A stretch of DNA of 64,000 nucleotides from an uncultured Thermococci archaeon (GTDB lineage: Archaea; CAYQAE01; CAYVLA01). The notes beneath the pieces are model-generated. The model was not told the DNA's origin, did no database searches, and saw only the letters and a list, made by a program, of their open reading frames with translations. The DNA lies in NCBI GenBank assembly GCA_964549615.1, contig CAZJVP010000099.1, forward strand, positions 64,001 to 128,000, in the 5' to 3' direction. Below, piece after piece: positions 29,816 to 39,801 of this stretch. Each line of letters starts with the position of its first letter. Position 1 is the stretch's first letter. The position numbers and the translations under genes were made by a program.

Positions 29816-31438
29816 TCAAGCCGAGGGGCGGTCCACGTTTCTGTAGTGGTAGAGCTGTATGCCGACGTAGCTCCTCTTGTCCTGCAGCGAGAAGGCCTCG
29901 TCCAGATACTTCTTGACCTGGCCTTGGGGGTCAGTGAACTCCTGATGGGAAAGGACCAACCACACCCCGTTCACCGAGGGTTCGTTGCGCACGATCTGGT
30001 CCACCTGTTCTGCAGTGTAGGCCAACTTCAAGTAGCTTGAGTTTCCGCGATGCCGGTGGTAGTACCAGAACGGAACTACAACGTAGGGCGCGTTGAAGAC
30101 GACGACCTCGTCCGCGGCTAGGTGTTGAGAGACGTACCCTTCCAGCTCCCTCCACTGCTCCTTCTGCTCCTCGGCGTAGTACTTGGCCAGACTCGCTGAG
30201 CTGGAGATCAACAGGGAACACACCACGAGGATACCTGCTAGTCTGCCGAGGGCCAGAGCGGTGTTGCGCGTCCCGCGCGCGACCAGGATGTAGAAAGCTG
30301 GGGACGCAGCAATGGTGTAGTGTTTCGCATAGATGGGAAAGAGGAGTAGGGAGAAGGTGAAGGGAATGACGATGGACGATCCGAGCCATAGGAGGAGAAG
30401 GACAACCACGTCTAGGCGTGCCCCGAGGGAGAGCGCCCAGCGGAAGCCGGTCAAGGAGTCGATGGGGCATCGAGGCCGGAAACTGCCGCTCAGCTTGGCA
30501 AGCTCGAAGAGACCCAAGACCATGAGGAATGAGTACGCCATTAGCCTGATCTCGTTCTCTCCGCCGTAGTAGGCTAGGGTCTTGGGAAGATCAACGAAGG
30601 TTGGCTGTCTGAGCCAAGAGATCCCCAATATCAATCCGGGCTCCGCCCGCATGCCCCTGAGTACGTCCAGCTGGCGAAGCACGTTCAGAACCCAAGGAAG
30701 GAAGGCGATGAAGGGCAACCCGAACATCACCACCCAGGGAAGGCGCGCAACCGCGTTCGGCTTTGCAAGCGCGGTCATGGAAAGCCCCTCATCGGCCGGC
30801 GGGAGCCCCCCGTTTGCCGGGGTTCCGATGCGAGCTTGGCGCGCGCGGAGGCGGGCTCTGAGGTAGAGCGAGAAAATGGCCTCTGAGGCGACGATGAAAG
30901 ACCCGTAGACATGCGTGTAGAGAAGAAAGACGTTGGTCAGGGAAGCTGCAACCATGTCTCTTGCCCTTCCACTTTCCAGGTATCTGATGAAGAAGTAGTA
31001 GGACGCGAGACCAAGGAAGACCATCATCGAGTAGCCCCGGGCCTCCTGGGAATAGGAGATGTGAAGGCTTGATGCAGCCATCACCAGGGCCGAGATGAGC
31101 CCGACGCCGTCTCCGAAGAGGCGTCTACCCACCAGATAGATCATGAGCAGGGATAGAACCCCAAATGCTGCTGAGGGAATTCTCACCGCCAGCTCGCTGT
31201 CCCCGCAGATCGAGATCCAGCAACGCAGCATAACGTAGTGAAGGGGAGGGTTCGTCTCGCGCCCCATTCGGGACCAGAACTCCGCCGAGTTGCTCTCAGA
31301 CACCAAGACGCTCGTCGCCTCGTCCAGCCAAAGGCTCTCAGAGGAGATCTGCACCAACCTGAGGACTGCGCCTCCCGCGAGGATCGCCAGGAGGCAGAAA
31401 AGCACCCAACCTAGATGGACGTTTTGATCGGATGCCAT
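29816..31438 (-). CDS. GT-C membrane glycosyltransferase 2
   Basis: SLWLDE, NPPLHY, SQEARGY, KEQWRE. Close paralogue of 45974-47614. Confidence 0.88.
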   Translation of the reverse strand: MASDQNVHLGWVLFCLLAILAGGAVLRLVQISSESLWLDEATSVLVSESNSAEFWSRMGRETNPPLHYVMLRCWISICGDSELAVRIPSAAFGVLSLLMIYLVGRRLFGDGVGLISALVMAASSLHISYSQEARGYSMMVFLGLASYYFFIRYLESGRARDMVAASLTNVFLLYTHVYGSFIVASEAIFSLYLRARLRARQARIGTPANGGLPPADEGLSMTALAKPNAVARLPWVVMFGLPFIAFLPWVLNVLRQLDVLRGMRAEPGLILGISWLRQPTFVDLPKTLAYYGGENEIRLMAYSFLMVLGLFELAKLSGSFRPRCPIDSLTGFRWALSLGARLDVVVLLLLWLGSSIVIPFTFSLLLFPIYAKHYTIAASPAFYILVARGTRNTALALGRLAGILVVCSLLISSSASLAKYYAEEQKEQWRELEGYVSQHLAADEVVVFNAPYVVVPFWYYHRHRGNSSYLKLAYTAEQVDQIVRNEPSVNGVWLVLSHQEFTDPQGQVKKYLDEAFSLQDKRSYVGIQLYHYRNVDRPSA

Positions 31439-31513
31439 TCTTCCCATCCGATGCAAGGAGTCCGAGAACCAATAAGAACCTGAGCTAGAGTTGAGGTTGA
31501 AACGCTGCGATGG

Positions 31514-32827
31514 GTGCCCAAGAACAGGTCAGACGGGCACAATGCATCGCAGGCCTGCTGGATGATCGGGTTGTCCCAGAACTATGCTTGCAAGTTCGAC
31601 GTCACGGTGGTCGGAGGAGGTGCTGCTGGATGCGCGGCCGCCCGCTTTCTGGCCGAGGCCGGAAGGACGGTTGCCCTAGTCGAAAGCAAGGGGATCGGCA
31701 GCCAGGCACACACACCCGTCACCTTCACCGAGACCCTCAGGGACTTCGGGCTGGAGGCGGCGGTTCACATATTCTACCGGCGCCTGTCCTATCACAGTCC
31801 GACAGGTGCGCTTTCCACATTGGAGATGGGCGAGCCAGCATGGGGATGCGTAGATTACCGCAAAGCGTGCAGGCTCCTGTGGCATGCCGCGGAGGAAGCC
31901 GGGGCAGTCCTGATCCAGGCGCGCGCCAAATCGCTCAGGAAGTCGGGCCAAGGCTTGGAGATCCTCCTTGATTCGGAAGCCGCGCTGAGATCCACGGTGG
32001 TGATCGACGCCACGGGGAAAGCTAGGTTCTCCGGCCACATTCTCGGGCAGCCTGACCCGCGCTACTATAGCCATAGCTTGGGCAGACGCGTTTCCGGTGC
32101 GGCGGTTGCAGACGAGAACAACTTCTACCTCATCGCGCCTGGAGCGGCATCCGGCACCGGAGGGGGATGGTTCTACCCGCTCGGACAGGGGAAGGCCGTA
32201 CTTGGCTTTGCTGCGGTGACGAGAAGCCCATTCGCACCGTGGAGCCGGCTTGCGGTCATCTGGAGAAAGGCAGCTCGATCTCTTCGGCCCTACTCCGAGA
32301 TGCTGAGGAATGCCCGACCAGGCCATTTCGAGATGGGCTCCATACCGCTTGTTGCCCCGCGCCGTTTCGTCTTCGGGAGGATAGCAGTTGTGGGGGACGC
32401 GGCCGCCCAGGCGACCCCATGGTCGTGCTTTGGTGTCCACGCCGCGCTTCTCAACGCGAAGCTGGTCGCCAGGGCGGTACTGCGAGCCTCCCAGGATGGC
32501 GACTCCGCGGAAAGGCATCTTCTGGCATACCAGCGTGACTGGAAAACCCAGAATGGACTCGCCTACCGATTGGGCGACCTTTGCGCTGGTTCACTTTGGT
32601 GGCGGGACGAAAGGGAGTGGGCCTTGGATGTGGCACGTTTCGGAGAGTTACCGCCCGAGGCGGCGCTCTCAAGGATACGGGACGGGAGCGTTCCCAGATG
32701 CGCTCCACTAGCACGATCGATAGTATGGCGGATGATCATGACGGGCTACATGATAAAGTGCAGGGCAGCCGAGCTCCTTAGACAAGCACGCTTTGAGCAG
32801 GCCGACCTAGGCGTTGGGGATCCCTGA
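31514..32827 (+). CDS. Geranylgeranyl reductase/lycopene cyclase-family flavoprotein
   Basis: FDVTVVGGGAAG..VALVE, VIDATG, GGWFYP, VVGDAAAQATPW..GVHAAL. Confidence 0.8.
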   Translation: MPKNRSDGHNASQACWMIGLSQNYACKFDVTVVGGGAAGCAAARFLAEAGRTVALVESKGIGSQAHTPVTFTETLRDFGLEAAVHIFYRRLSYHSPTGALSTLEMGEPAWGCVDYRKACRLLWHAAEEAGAVLIQARAKSLRKSGQGLEILLDSEAALRSTVVIDATGKARFSGHILGQPDPRYYSHSLGRRVSGAAVADENNFYLIAPGAASGTGGGWFYPLGQGKAVLGFAAVTRSPFAPWSRLAVIWRKAARSLRPYSEMLRNARPGHFEMGSIPLVAPRRFVFGRIAVVGDAAAQATPWSCFGVHAALLNAKLVARAVLRASQDGDSAERHLLAYQRDWKTQNGLAYRLGDLCAGSLWWRDEREWALDVARFGELPPEAALSRIRDGSVPRCAPLARSIVWRMIMTGYMIKCRAAELLRQARFEQADLGVGDP

Positions 32828-33804
32828 TGGAAGGACCATCCAGCTTCGAGCAACACGACCATATGCAGGGCGCGAAGGACGCGCGGCCGACAGGCCTGAT
32901 GCCGGATGGGGACGGACTGACGGCGGCAAACGACGCGAGGTGGCGCAAGCTGCAGGATATGGAGACGCCTAGCAAGCTTCGCCGGCTCCTTGCGGACCGC
33001 CCAGGCGGACGATTCCTCACGAATCTCATCCTGCTCACCCGCGCGTACGACTGGATGGACAAACTCTGGATCATGACCGGTGCAGCCCTGCTTCTCCTAG
33101 CCCGCGAATCAGCAGGGCGAGCCGAGTTCATGGGCCTATCCGTCTTCTTCGCATACCAGGTCTTCGGCCTCTCCTACGGCTATGCTTTGAACGCCTGGAC
33201 GGACCGCCACGAGGACCAAGCGGCAGGCAAGGACAGGGGGACCGCTTACTTCACTCCCAGACAGCTGTGGGCGGCTATCGCCTTGCTTGGGGCGGGCCTG
33301 CTGGCGATCCCTCTCTCCTTCCTCAGGGTCGATCTAGCGGTACTTGCAGGGGTAAACCTCTTCCTTGCAACGTCTTACTCCTGCCCTCCGTTCAGGTTCA
33401 AGTCAAGGGGGCCGCTTGGCCTTCTCGTTGCGGGAGTCGGGCAGCGTTCAATGGGCTTTTTGTTTCTGGTCCTTCTTCTCCCGGGCAACCAGGCCTTGGG
33501 TGTACTGGCACTCGTCTGGCTTGCTGTAGTCGGCATGATCACGGAGATCAGCCACCAGGCCCTGGACTACAAGCTGGACGTTGAAGCGGGTCTCCGCACG
33601 TTGGCGGCGAGGAATACGGCCGACCGGGTTTCCCAGCTGATCCGGGCCTTGCTGGCGATGCTTGTTCTAGCTGTGCTGCTGCCGCTATTTGTATTCCCGG
33701 GGTTTGAGGGTCTCGCGTACTGCGTTGTGCTGGCGGCTTTCTCGACGTATCCGGTTCACTATTCGATGGATGCTATGAGCTACATTCGTGCGCTAGCGCG
33801 ATAA
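32827..33804 (+). CDS. UbiA-family prenyltransferase
   Basis: NAWTDRHED (NxxxDxxxD), YSCPPFRFK, HQALDYKLDVEAGLRT; multiple TM helices. Confidence 0.82.
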   Translation: MEGPSSFEQHDHMQGAKDARPTGLMPDGDGLTAANDARWRKLQDMETPSKLRRLLADRPGGRFLTNLILLTRAYDWMDKLWIMTGAALLLLARESAGRAEFMGLSVFFAYQVFGLSYGYALNAWTDRHEDQAAGKDRGTAYFTPRQLWAAIALLGAGLLAIPLSFLRVDLAVLAGVNLFLATSYSCPPFRFKSRGPLGLLVAGVGQRSMGFLFLVLLLPGNQALGVLALVWLAVVGMITEISHQALDYKLDVEAGLRTLAARNTADRVSQLIRALLAMLVLAVLLPLFVFPGFEGLAYCVVLAAFSTYPVHYSMDAMSYIRALAR

Positions 33805-33870
33805 AAGCCGCCCACTAGCTTCCTGCCCACCGCCCGGCGCATGCCCCGCGTCCTGCCGGTCTCGCGGAGA

Positions 33871-34947
33871 TCAGCCCATTCTAGCCTCAAGCACCTTCGA
33901 GAAATCCCGAGCGATCCTGGTCCAAGAGAACCGGGATCTCACGAATCGCCTGCCCCTGCGGGCTCTCCTCGATTCCCCAATGCTCGCAACCTCCACAAGA
34001 CGCTGCGCAAAATCCTCCGGTGCGGGAGGGGACTGGTAGGTGTAGGGAGCAAAGTCAGCCAGCTCCCCAACGTTCGTCGAGACAACCTTCTTCCCCATCC
34101 AGAGGTATTCCCTCAGCTTCAGGGAGCTTCTGTACCTGTTTGGCTCCCTGTCGCCGTAGTAAACCGTGCAGGTTCCCGCGGTCAGGATTCTCCTTGCCAC
34201 CTCGGATGGAGGCTGCGGCCCCTCAAACGACACGAACGGTGTCAAGCCCATCTCTTGGGCCAGTCCCTTGCACCTGCCAAGCATCGGGCCTCCGCCAACC
34301 ATGACGAACCTCATCCCGGGGTCGAGGCGGATGGCCATCGCGAAAGCTTGTAGAAGCTCGCCCAGGTCAGCCGCAACATCGAAGTGGCACACATTGAGCA
34401 CGGGCCCGCTTTCAGCGGCCCCGCGAACGGTCTGCCCGGGGGCAGATTGCCATAGAGATTGATCGAAGATGGCAGGGTCGACTCCCTGCTCCAGCCTATA
34501 GACGTCATCCCTTTCGATGCCCAGGTCAGCCGTTAGGTATCTCCTCAAGCTTTCGGTGTGGCAGGTGATGAGATCGGCGAAACGAAGAAAGGGTAACTGG
34601 GCCGCCTTTATGCCGAGGGAGAGCAAGCCGGCCCGGTAGGCATGATCCAGGTCGTCGACGTCGATCACCGACATACAGTCACTTCGGTCGCTGCGGGCTG
34701 ACGCGATCAGTGCTGGAACCGAAGCGTTGGCGTAGGGTTTGATCGAAACCACTACATCGTATCCTTGGCTGACCTTCGTCAACCATTTCGGCAAAGCTAG
34801 AACCCTGTCCAACCTCAGGGGCAGGTATTCCCCAGTGGACAGGAAGTCCACCTCATGGCCGATACGTCTGAGTGCGCATGCGACGCCGAAGCCCCGGACC
34901 GAGCTTCCCGTCTGCAGATGCTCGGAGCTCAGGACGAGTATCCTCAA
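33871..34947 (-). CDS. GT4 glycosyltransferase
   Basis: GT-B pattern: IDVDD, GVDPAIF, VGGGP, SSLKLREYLWMGKKVVSTNVG. Confidence 0.87.
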   Translation of the reverse strand: MRILVLSSEHLQTGSSVRGFGVACALRRIGHEVDFLSTGEYLPLRLDRVLALPKWLTKVSQGYDVVVSIKPYANASVPALIASARSDRSDCMSVIDVDDLDHAYRAGLLSLGIKAAQLPFLRFADLITCHTESLRRYLTADLGIERDDVYRLEQGVDPAIFDQSLWQSAPGQTVRGAAESGPVLNVCHFDVAADLGELLQAFAMAIRLDPGMRFVMVGGGPMLGRCKGLAQEMGLTPFVSFEGPQPPSEVARRILTAGTCTVYYGDREPNRYRSSLKLREYLWMGKKVVSTNVGELADFAPYTYQSPPAPEDFAQRLVEVASIGESRRARRGRRFVRSRFSWTRIARDFSKVLEARMG

Positions 34948-36551
34948 CCGGGCTCCCCCTTGCCTAGCGGAGTCCGCGTTTCAGGCGCACACGCGATTCC
35001 GTCTTCTGGGACGGAGCCATCGTCCTTGGGGAGCGAATCCGTCCCGGAACCCAAGATGGTAACCGTTCCCGTGAAACCATCCACGACCACGACCTGCCCG
35101 GTTTGTATCAGCTTTGTCGCATCCTTCGCCCCCACCACTGCAGGCAGGCCAATTTCCCTAGCCACGGTCGCTATGTGTGAGAGGCGGCCTCCTATCTCCG
35201 TGACGATCGCCTTGGCCAGACCGAGGAAAGGAGTCCATCCAGGGTCGAAGGCTGATCCGACCAGCACCTCCCCAAACCTCATCGATTCGGCCTCGGATAT
35301 GTCGCTTACAACCCTTGCGTACCCGGTGCCAATGCCAGGGCTGCACCCCATCCCCTTGATCACCCGGATTTCCACTGAGGCCCGACTAGGGCTAGATTCC
35401 GAGGCGGGGACGCAACCGTCCGTCACCACCGAGGGCGGCCGGAGGAGTCTGTTCTTCTCGTACTCGCTTCTTCTAAGCTCAATTGCGTCGCGAATGCTGA
35501 CTACTGTTCCTCCCTCCATGAGGCCTACCAATTCCTGAAACGTGAGGTAGAACACGTCATCCTGCCGGCCCAGATTTCCCTCCGAGACGAGGGCTTCGGA
35601 TGCCCACAGCACGCTGCGCCGCAGTTGTGCGTAACCCCACAGCAGCCCTTGCTTGGTCTCCTCCCTCAGCCGGACACTTCTCTCAAGGGTTGCTCCTACC
35701 ACCCCGAGAGGAAAACCGAAAGCGGCATGGTCCGAAGTCTGCCTTGGCAACCTTATGGAATCCCTGTTGGCTCTGAGGGTCTCGATTACCGCGTTCAAGG
35801 TCTCGGTTCGTTCCGCCCAGAGGGGCTGTGACAGTTCCAGTTCCTGCACAGGCCTATTGCCATGCGCCATGATGAATCCTGAGACATCCGACTCCAAACC
35901 CAAGTGCGCGGAGGGTCGTCCGCCTCGGGTTGCCAGAGCCAAGAGTTCCGCATACATCGCTCCACCCCTGGTTGACCTTGAACCGGCTCGAAGGTGGACG
36001 CTTGGCTCACCTCCGTGGCGTTTCGAAACCGAACGTGCTATTCCAAACCAGGAAAGCGCCAGCCTGGTCGATCTCAGGTGAATGTGAAAGCACTCCGCGC
36101 TCATCTGGACCATTGTTCGCAGAGCCTGAGCGCCTTCCTTCATGGAAGCATATGGCGGGGCACGGGCGTCCAGCTCCCGCCTGTACGAGGCTAGGAAGTT
36201 CCTGGCGATAGGGGCGAGCAGCAAGGTTTCCTTGAAAAGCCTTGCCCAGGAGATGGCCTTGCGAGGGAAGCTTGAGGCGATGCGGCGCTCGGCAAGTTCG
36301 AAACCGAGTGCCTGTCGCAGGGTTTCCGGGGTGATCGCGGGGAGGCCTGCCAGGGCCGACAGCGCGCTGTCCAGATTCACATACGCCCGCCCAGCGTAGA
36401 GCCTCAAGTGCTGGGAACCTTCTCCTTCCGAATTTCGTCCCTGAATCTTAGCCGCGCCATAGGTGAGGCCTGCCTGGAAAACTGAGAATGTCAGGGGGGT
36501 CACGATTCCCGGCAGGACCTCGCCAATGTTCGCTCGAGTCCAGACCGCCAT
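34944..36551 (-). CDS. PEP-utilising phosphohistidine-domain protein (rifampicin-phosphotransferase-like, no ATP-grasp domain)
   Basis: WTRANIGEVLPGIVTPLT, HGNR..ELEL..W, DDVFYL, GCSPG..G.ARV, DPGWTP, GGRLSHIATVAREIGLPAVVG. Confidence 0.82.
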   Translation of the reverse strand: MAVWTRANIGEVLPGIVTPLTFSVFQAGLTYGAAKIQGRNSEGEGSQHLRLYAGRAYVNLDSALSALAGLPAITPETLRQALGFELAERRIASSFPRKAISWARLFKETLLLAPIARNFLASYRRELDARAPPYASMKEGAQALRTMVQMSAECFHIHLRSTRLALSWFGIARSVSKRHGGEPSVHLRAGSRSTRGGAMYAELLALATRGGRPSAHLGLESDVSGFIMAHGNRPVQELELSQPLWAERTETLNAVIETLRANRDSIRLPRQTSDHAAFGFPLGVVGATLERSVRLREETKQGLLWGYAQLRRSVLWASEALVSEGNLGRQDDVFYLTFQELVGLMEGGTVVSIRDAIELRRSEYEKNRLLRPPSVVTDGCVPASESSPSRASVEIRVIKGMGCSPGIGTGYARVVSDISEAESMRFGEVLVGSAFDPGWTPFLGLAKAIVTEIGGRLSHIATVAREIGLPAVVGAKDATKLIQTGQVVVVDGFTGTVTILGSGTDSLPKDDGSVPEDGIACAPETRTPLGKGEPG

Positions 36552-36561
36552 CTCCTGTCCC

Positions 36562-38070
36562 TCAATCCGGTGCGAGGGTTCCTCCCCGGTTGGGCTCGGC
36601 GAAGTCCGACACATGGCATATCAAAGACCGAACCCCGGTGGTGGCCAACTTGACCTGGTCGATGGACCTGATGGAGAGCAGGCACCTTGAGAGGAAAACG
36701 GGATCAAGGTGCAGCATCCACAGGCGGCGACACCAGCCCTCCGGTTGCAGCGGGGACCTAAGGACCGGTCTGGACATGTCGTACGCCTCGTAGTCGGCAG
36801 GGTCAACCGCGAAGAGATTGTCCCTCAGAGCCATGTCGTGAAGAGGTGTCCCAGGGTAGGGGATAAGTATGCTGGCCTGGAGGCTGTCACCTATCCTCGC
36901 CTTGTACCTGAGCAGCCTTCGCACGAATCGGAGCGTGGCTCGCACCTCCTTGACGCCCTCCCAGGGATAGCCGACCATCACCGTTAGAAGGACCCTCAGC
37001 CCAGCATCCTTCGCATTCCGAACCCCGGCCTCCATCGCCGTGAGGGTCTCCATCTTGCAGATTCTGTCCAGGGTGGACTGGCTGCCCGACTCGATTCCGA
37101 TCTTCAATAGGCGGAAACCGATCTTCGACAAGAGGTTGCATGTCTCCCTAGTGAGAGAGTCCGCCCTCGAGTTGGACGAAAGCATCACTTCGCCCAGAAT
37201 GCCCCTTTTTTCCAGTTCCAACTTGAAGGCCTCTAGCCAGCTGGGGCTCCAGGTCATTCCGCTTTCGTTGTCATCGAATATCTCCTTGGGTTTCTGGCGT
37301 TCAACTATATGTTGCACCTCATCCGCCACATTGCCGGGGCTGCGAGTCCTGCATTGCTGTCTCCAGAAAAGATGTTGCCAGGAACAGAAGGAACATCTCC
37401 CTGGTGCCCGGCCGTCTCCACCGCACCCTCGGCCAGTCATGATGTATGTTGACGGCCTATTTAGGTACGCTTCCCCGTACAGCTCCCACCTCGTTAGCTC
37501 CCTGTCGATGAAGGGAATCTCGTCGAGATCCCTCCACATGGGCGCAGGGCCGTTGCAGCGGGGCTTGCCGTCCACCAGATGCCAGATCCCGCCCGGAAGG
37601 TCGTCCGTGTGCGATCTGCTTTGTGATTCCAGGTGCCGGGCGAGGTTGAGGATGGAGAGATCATAGTCTCCCCCTGTGACGACGTAGTCGGCCCGCGATC
37701 TAAGGAGGCTTTCCTGGGGCCTGGCGGTTACGTGGTCACCCACAAGGACGACGGGCCCAAACTCACACCTGTAGGTGTCTGCGAGCTTCCACAGGACCGG
37801 CATAATGGGCGTCTTAGCCTCCATCACGATCATCTCCGGCGAGAATCTATCCAATTCCGTGGCAAACTGCCGTTGGGTCATGCGGGCGTTGATGCCGTCG
37901 ATGAGGGTTGACTCGAAGCCAGCACGGTCAAGCAGCGTGACGGCTGAGGCGGGAACGAGGGGGTACAGCCGGACATGGGACGAAGACGAGTACCTGAACT
38001 GTCGGTTCTGGCCCAAGAGCGGGAAGCGACCAGGCCCAGCCAGGGGAGGATACACAAAGGCGATTCTCAA
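36562..38070 (-). CDS. Cobalamin-binding-domain radical SAM protein
   Basis: N-terminal YPP..YPL..VLVGDHVT domain; TGRGCGGDGRAPGRCSFC; GIESGSQ..L, MVGYPWE, PYPGTPL. Confidence 0.87.
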   Translation of the reverse strand: MRIAFVYPPLAGPGRFPLLGQNRQFRYSSSSHVRLYPLVPASAVTLLDRAGFESTLIDGINARMTQRQFATELDRFSPEMIVMEAKTPIMPVLWKLADTYRCEFGPVVLVGDHVTARPQESLLRSRADYVVTGGDYDLSILNLARHLESQSRSHTDDLPGGIWHLVDGKPRCNGPAPMWRDLDEIPFIDRELTRWELYGEAYLNRPSTYIMTGRGCGGDGRAPGRCSFCSWQHLFWRQQCRTRSPGNVADEVQHIVERQKPKEIFDDNESGMTWSPSWLEAFKLELEKRGILGEVMLSSNSRADSLTRETCNLLSKIGFRLLKIGIESGSQSTLDRICKMETLTAMEAGVRNAKDAGLRVLLTVMVGYPWEGVKEVRATLRFVRRLLRYKARIGDSLQASILIPYPGTPLHDMALRDNLFAVDPADYEAYDMSRPVLRSPLQPEGWCRRLWMLHLDPVFLSRCLLSIRSIDQVKLATTGVRSLICHVSDFAEPNRGGTLAPD

Positions 38071-38220
38071 TGATGTTCCGCCTCGGCGAAGTCCTGTATG
38101 AGAACCGTGACGGAAAAAGATTCGCGGGATCGCGTTTGATGGCCTCTGGAGCTCCGCAACGTTCCGGGCAGCGAACTCGCACAGGTCCTCAGCCCGAGGG
38201 ATTCTCGGATGGAAGCCCGT

Positions 38221-38656
38221 TGCGGAACCGCGTCAAACCTGCAGCCATTCCTCACTCCATCGAGGCCCCTGCTGAATGAGAGGATGCCAGACGGCTTCGG
38301 TTCGGGAACGATGACCGCGCTCACGGCCTCAGCAAAGATCAGCTGTTTGTACCTCCTTAAGATGCGACGCGTGGGGTTGAAGACATCTTCGTGCAAGGAA
38401 AGCCGTGCCACTCCCCGGCCGATGACACTACACCCCTTCATCGGGCAGGATAACCCGCTTGGCCCGGGCACTAGAGCGAGCGCCTCGGCGTCATGCCACG
38501 CCTCCAAGCAGCGCCAGGCGTACTCCTCAAGCGATACGGTGCGGTACTCCTTCCTCAGATCGTCGATGCAGCGACCCATCTCCACCTCCACTTTCCTGAA
38601 CAGGGCACGACATTCAAACAGCTTGGGAGCAGCCAGCGCATAGCGATCCGTCAGGG
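38221..38656 (-). pseudogene. Two fused VapC relics
   Basis: 38221-38410 reads EDVFNPTRRILRRYKQLIFAEAVSAVIV..GILSFSRGLDGVR, like the C-terminus of VapC 24944-25369. 38520-38656 reads SLTDRYALAAPKL..ALFRKVEVEM..LRKEYRTVSLEEY, another PIN C-terminus. Confidence 0.62.
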
Positions 38657-38761
38657 AAAGCCCTTACCTTGCTTTGGTTCTTCCGGATCCTTGGGGGAGC
38701 GAAAAGGCCCAGGCCAAGCACGGATAGCCTTATATTCCCGAATACCCGAGTATTTTATGCG

Positions 38762-39037
38762 ATCCAGCCCACCATTCAGGTCAAGAACCTCCCTGAAGAC
38801 CTGCTGAAGGAGCTCAGGCGGTTGAAGGTCGAGCTGGGCTGCCAGACTTGGGCCGACCTCCTGGCGCGGCTCGTCGAACCGGAGAGAGTCATCTCCTTGA
38901 GCAAGGAAAGGCTGACTGAGATGAAGACCGGGGTTCAGGAATTCCTCAAGCTCGGCACGATCGTCTCCAACAGATGGACCGGGCCGCCGACGGTGCTTGA
39001 GGAAACGAGGAGGACAAGGAACCATGGCGAGGCGTAG
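38762..39037 (+). CDS. Putative RHH-type antitoxin (start codon unclear)
   Basis: TIQVKNLPEDLLKELRRLKVELGCQTWADLL..TVLEETRRTR; overlaps a PIN gene; CTTATATT box about 25 nt upstream. Confidence 0.65.
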   Translation: MQPTIQVKNLPEDLLKELRRLKVELGCQTWADLLARLVEPERVISLSKERLTEMKTGVQEFLKLGTIVSNRWTGPPTVLEETRRTRNHGEA

Positions 39038-39398
39038 CCGCCCGCTAACCCTGGACTCCAACATCTTCATAGCCGCCCTCAAAGCGGATGAACCGTACAG
39101 CCAGAGATGCCGTGAGATACTGGGAAGGGTGCCGGAAGCATTCATCCTAGCGGAGCCAAGCATAGTCTACACGGAGGTCTGCGGAACCCTAGCAAGGAGG
39201 ATCGGACCGCAGGTAGCCGCCCAGGCCGAGACGCATCTCGACATGGCCATCCATCCCAGGCTGCTGGCAAGCTGCGACAGGGCCTTCTGCGCATCGTCCT
39301 ACCCTCTATGCGCTCAGTGCGGCATCTACGCCATCCATGCAATGTACCTCAAGGTTGCGATACAGAATGGCGCTGTGCTAGCACCCCTTGACAAATAG
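39024..39398 (+). pseudogene. vapC: VapC toxin, probably inactivated
   Basis: LTLDSNIFIAAL, EVCG. The conserved Asp reads His (IYAIHAMY), and TAG interrupts LDK*EFIDRV. Confidence 0.72.
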
Positions 39399-39661
39399 GA
39401 GTTCATAGACAGGGTGAGGGCCAGTATCCGAGTTCCCCTACTAGACCCAGACCGCGCGGGGGCGGGGGATTCAAGGGCGCGCGTACGTTCATAGCCGCTG
39501 CAGCTTACCTTGAAGGCCGGATCGTCGTAAGCGATGATCCTCGCTTCACGAAGATATCGGAAATCGGGGCCCTGACCAAAGGGGAGTTTCCATCGCACCT
39601 GGGTTGATCTCCAAGCGGGTGCGAAAACGGGTACGACCCGCAACCCCACCGGCCAATGAGT

Positions 39662-39685
39662 GGGGGGTTACGGCTCAACCCCCCC
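39662..39685. repeat. Perfect 8-bp inverted repeat hairpin
   Basis: GGGGGGTT-ACGGCTC-AACCCCCC in intergenic DNA; function unknown. Confidence 0.5.
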
Positions 39686-39801
39686 TCTCTTCCTTGGCCC
39701 CGACGTGCTTGTCCCGGGCACGACCTTTCAAGGGGATATGAGCGAGCGCTTGCACTCGGAGCACAGCACATTAATATGCTAACTAATAGGAAATACGGGC
39801 G

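Noticed and set aside
34944-36551. Rifampicin resistance gene rph
   Set aside because: ATP-binding domain absent, and the likely archaeal host and operon context argue for another substrate.
39480-39610. Further PIN-domain relic (EARIIAYDDPAFK, minus strand)
   Set aside because: Similarity too short to support a call.
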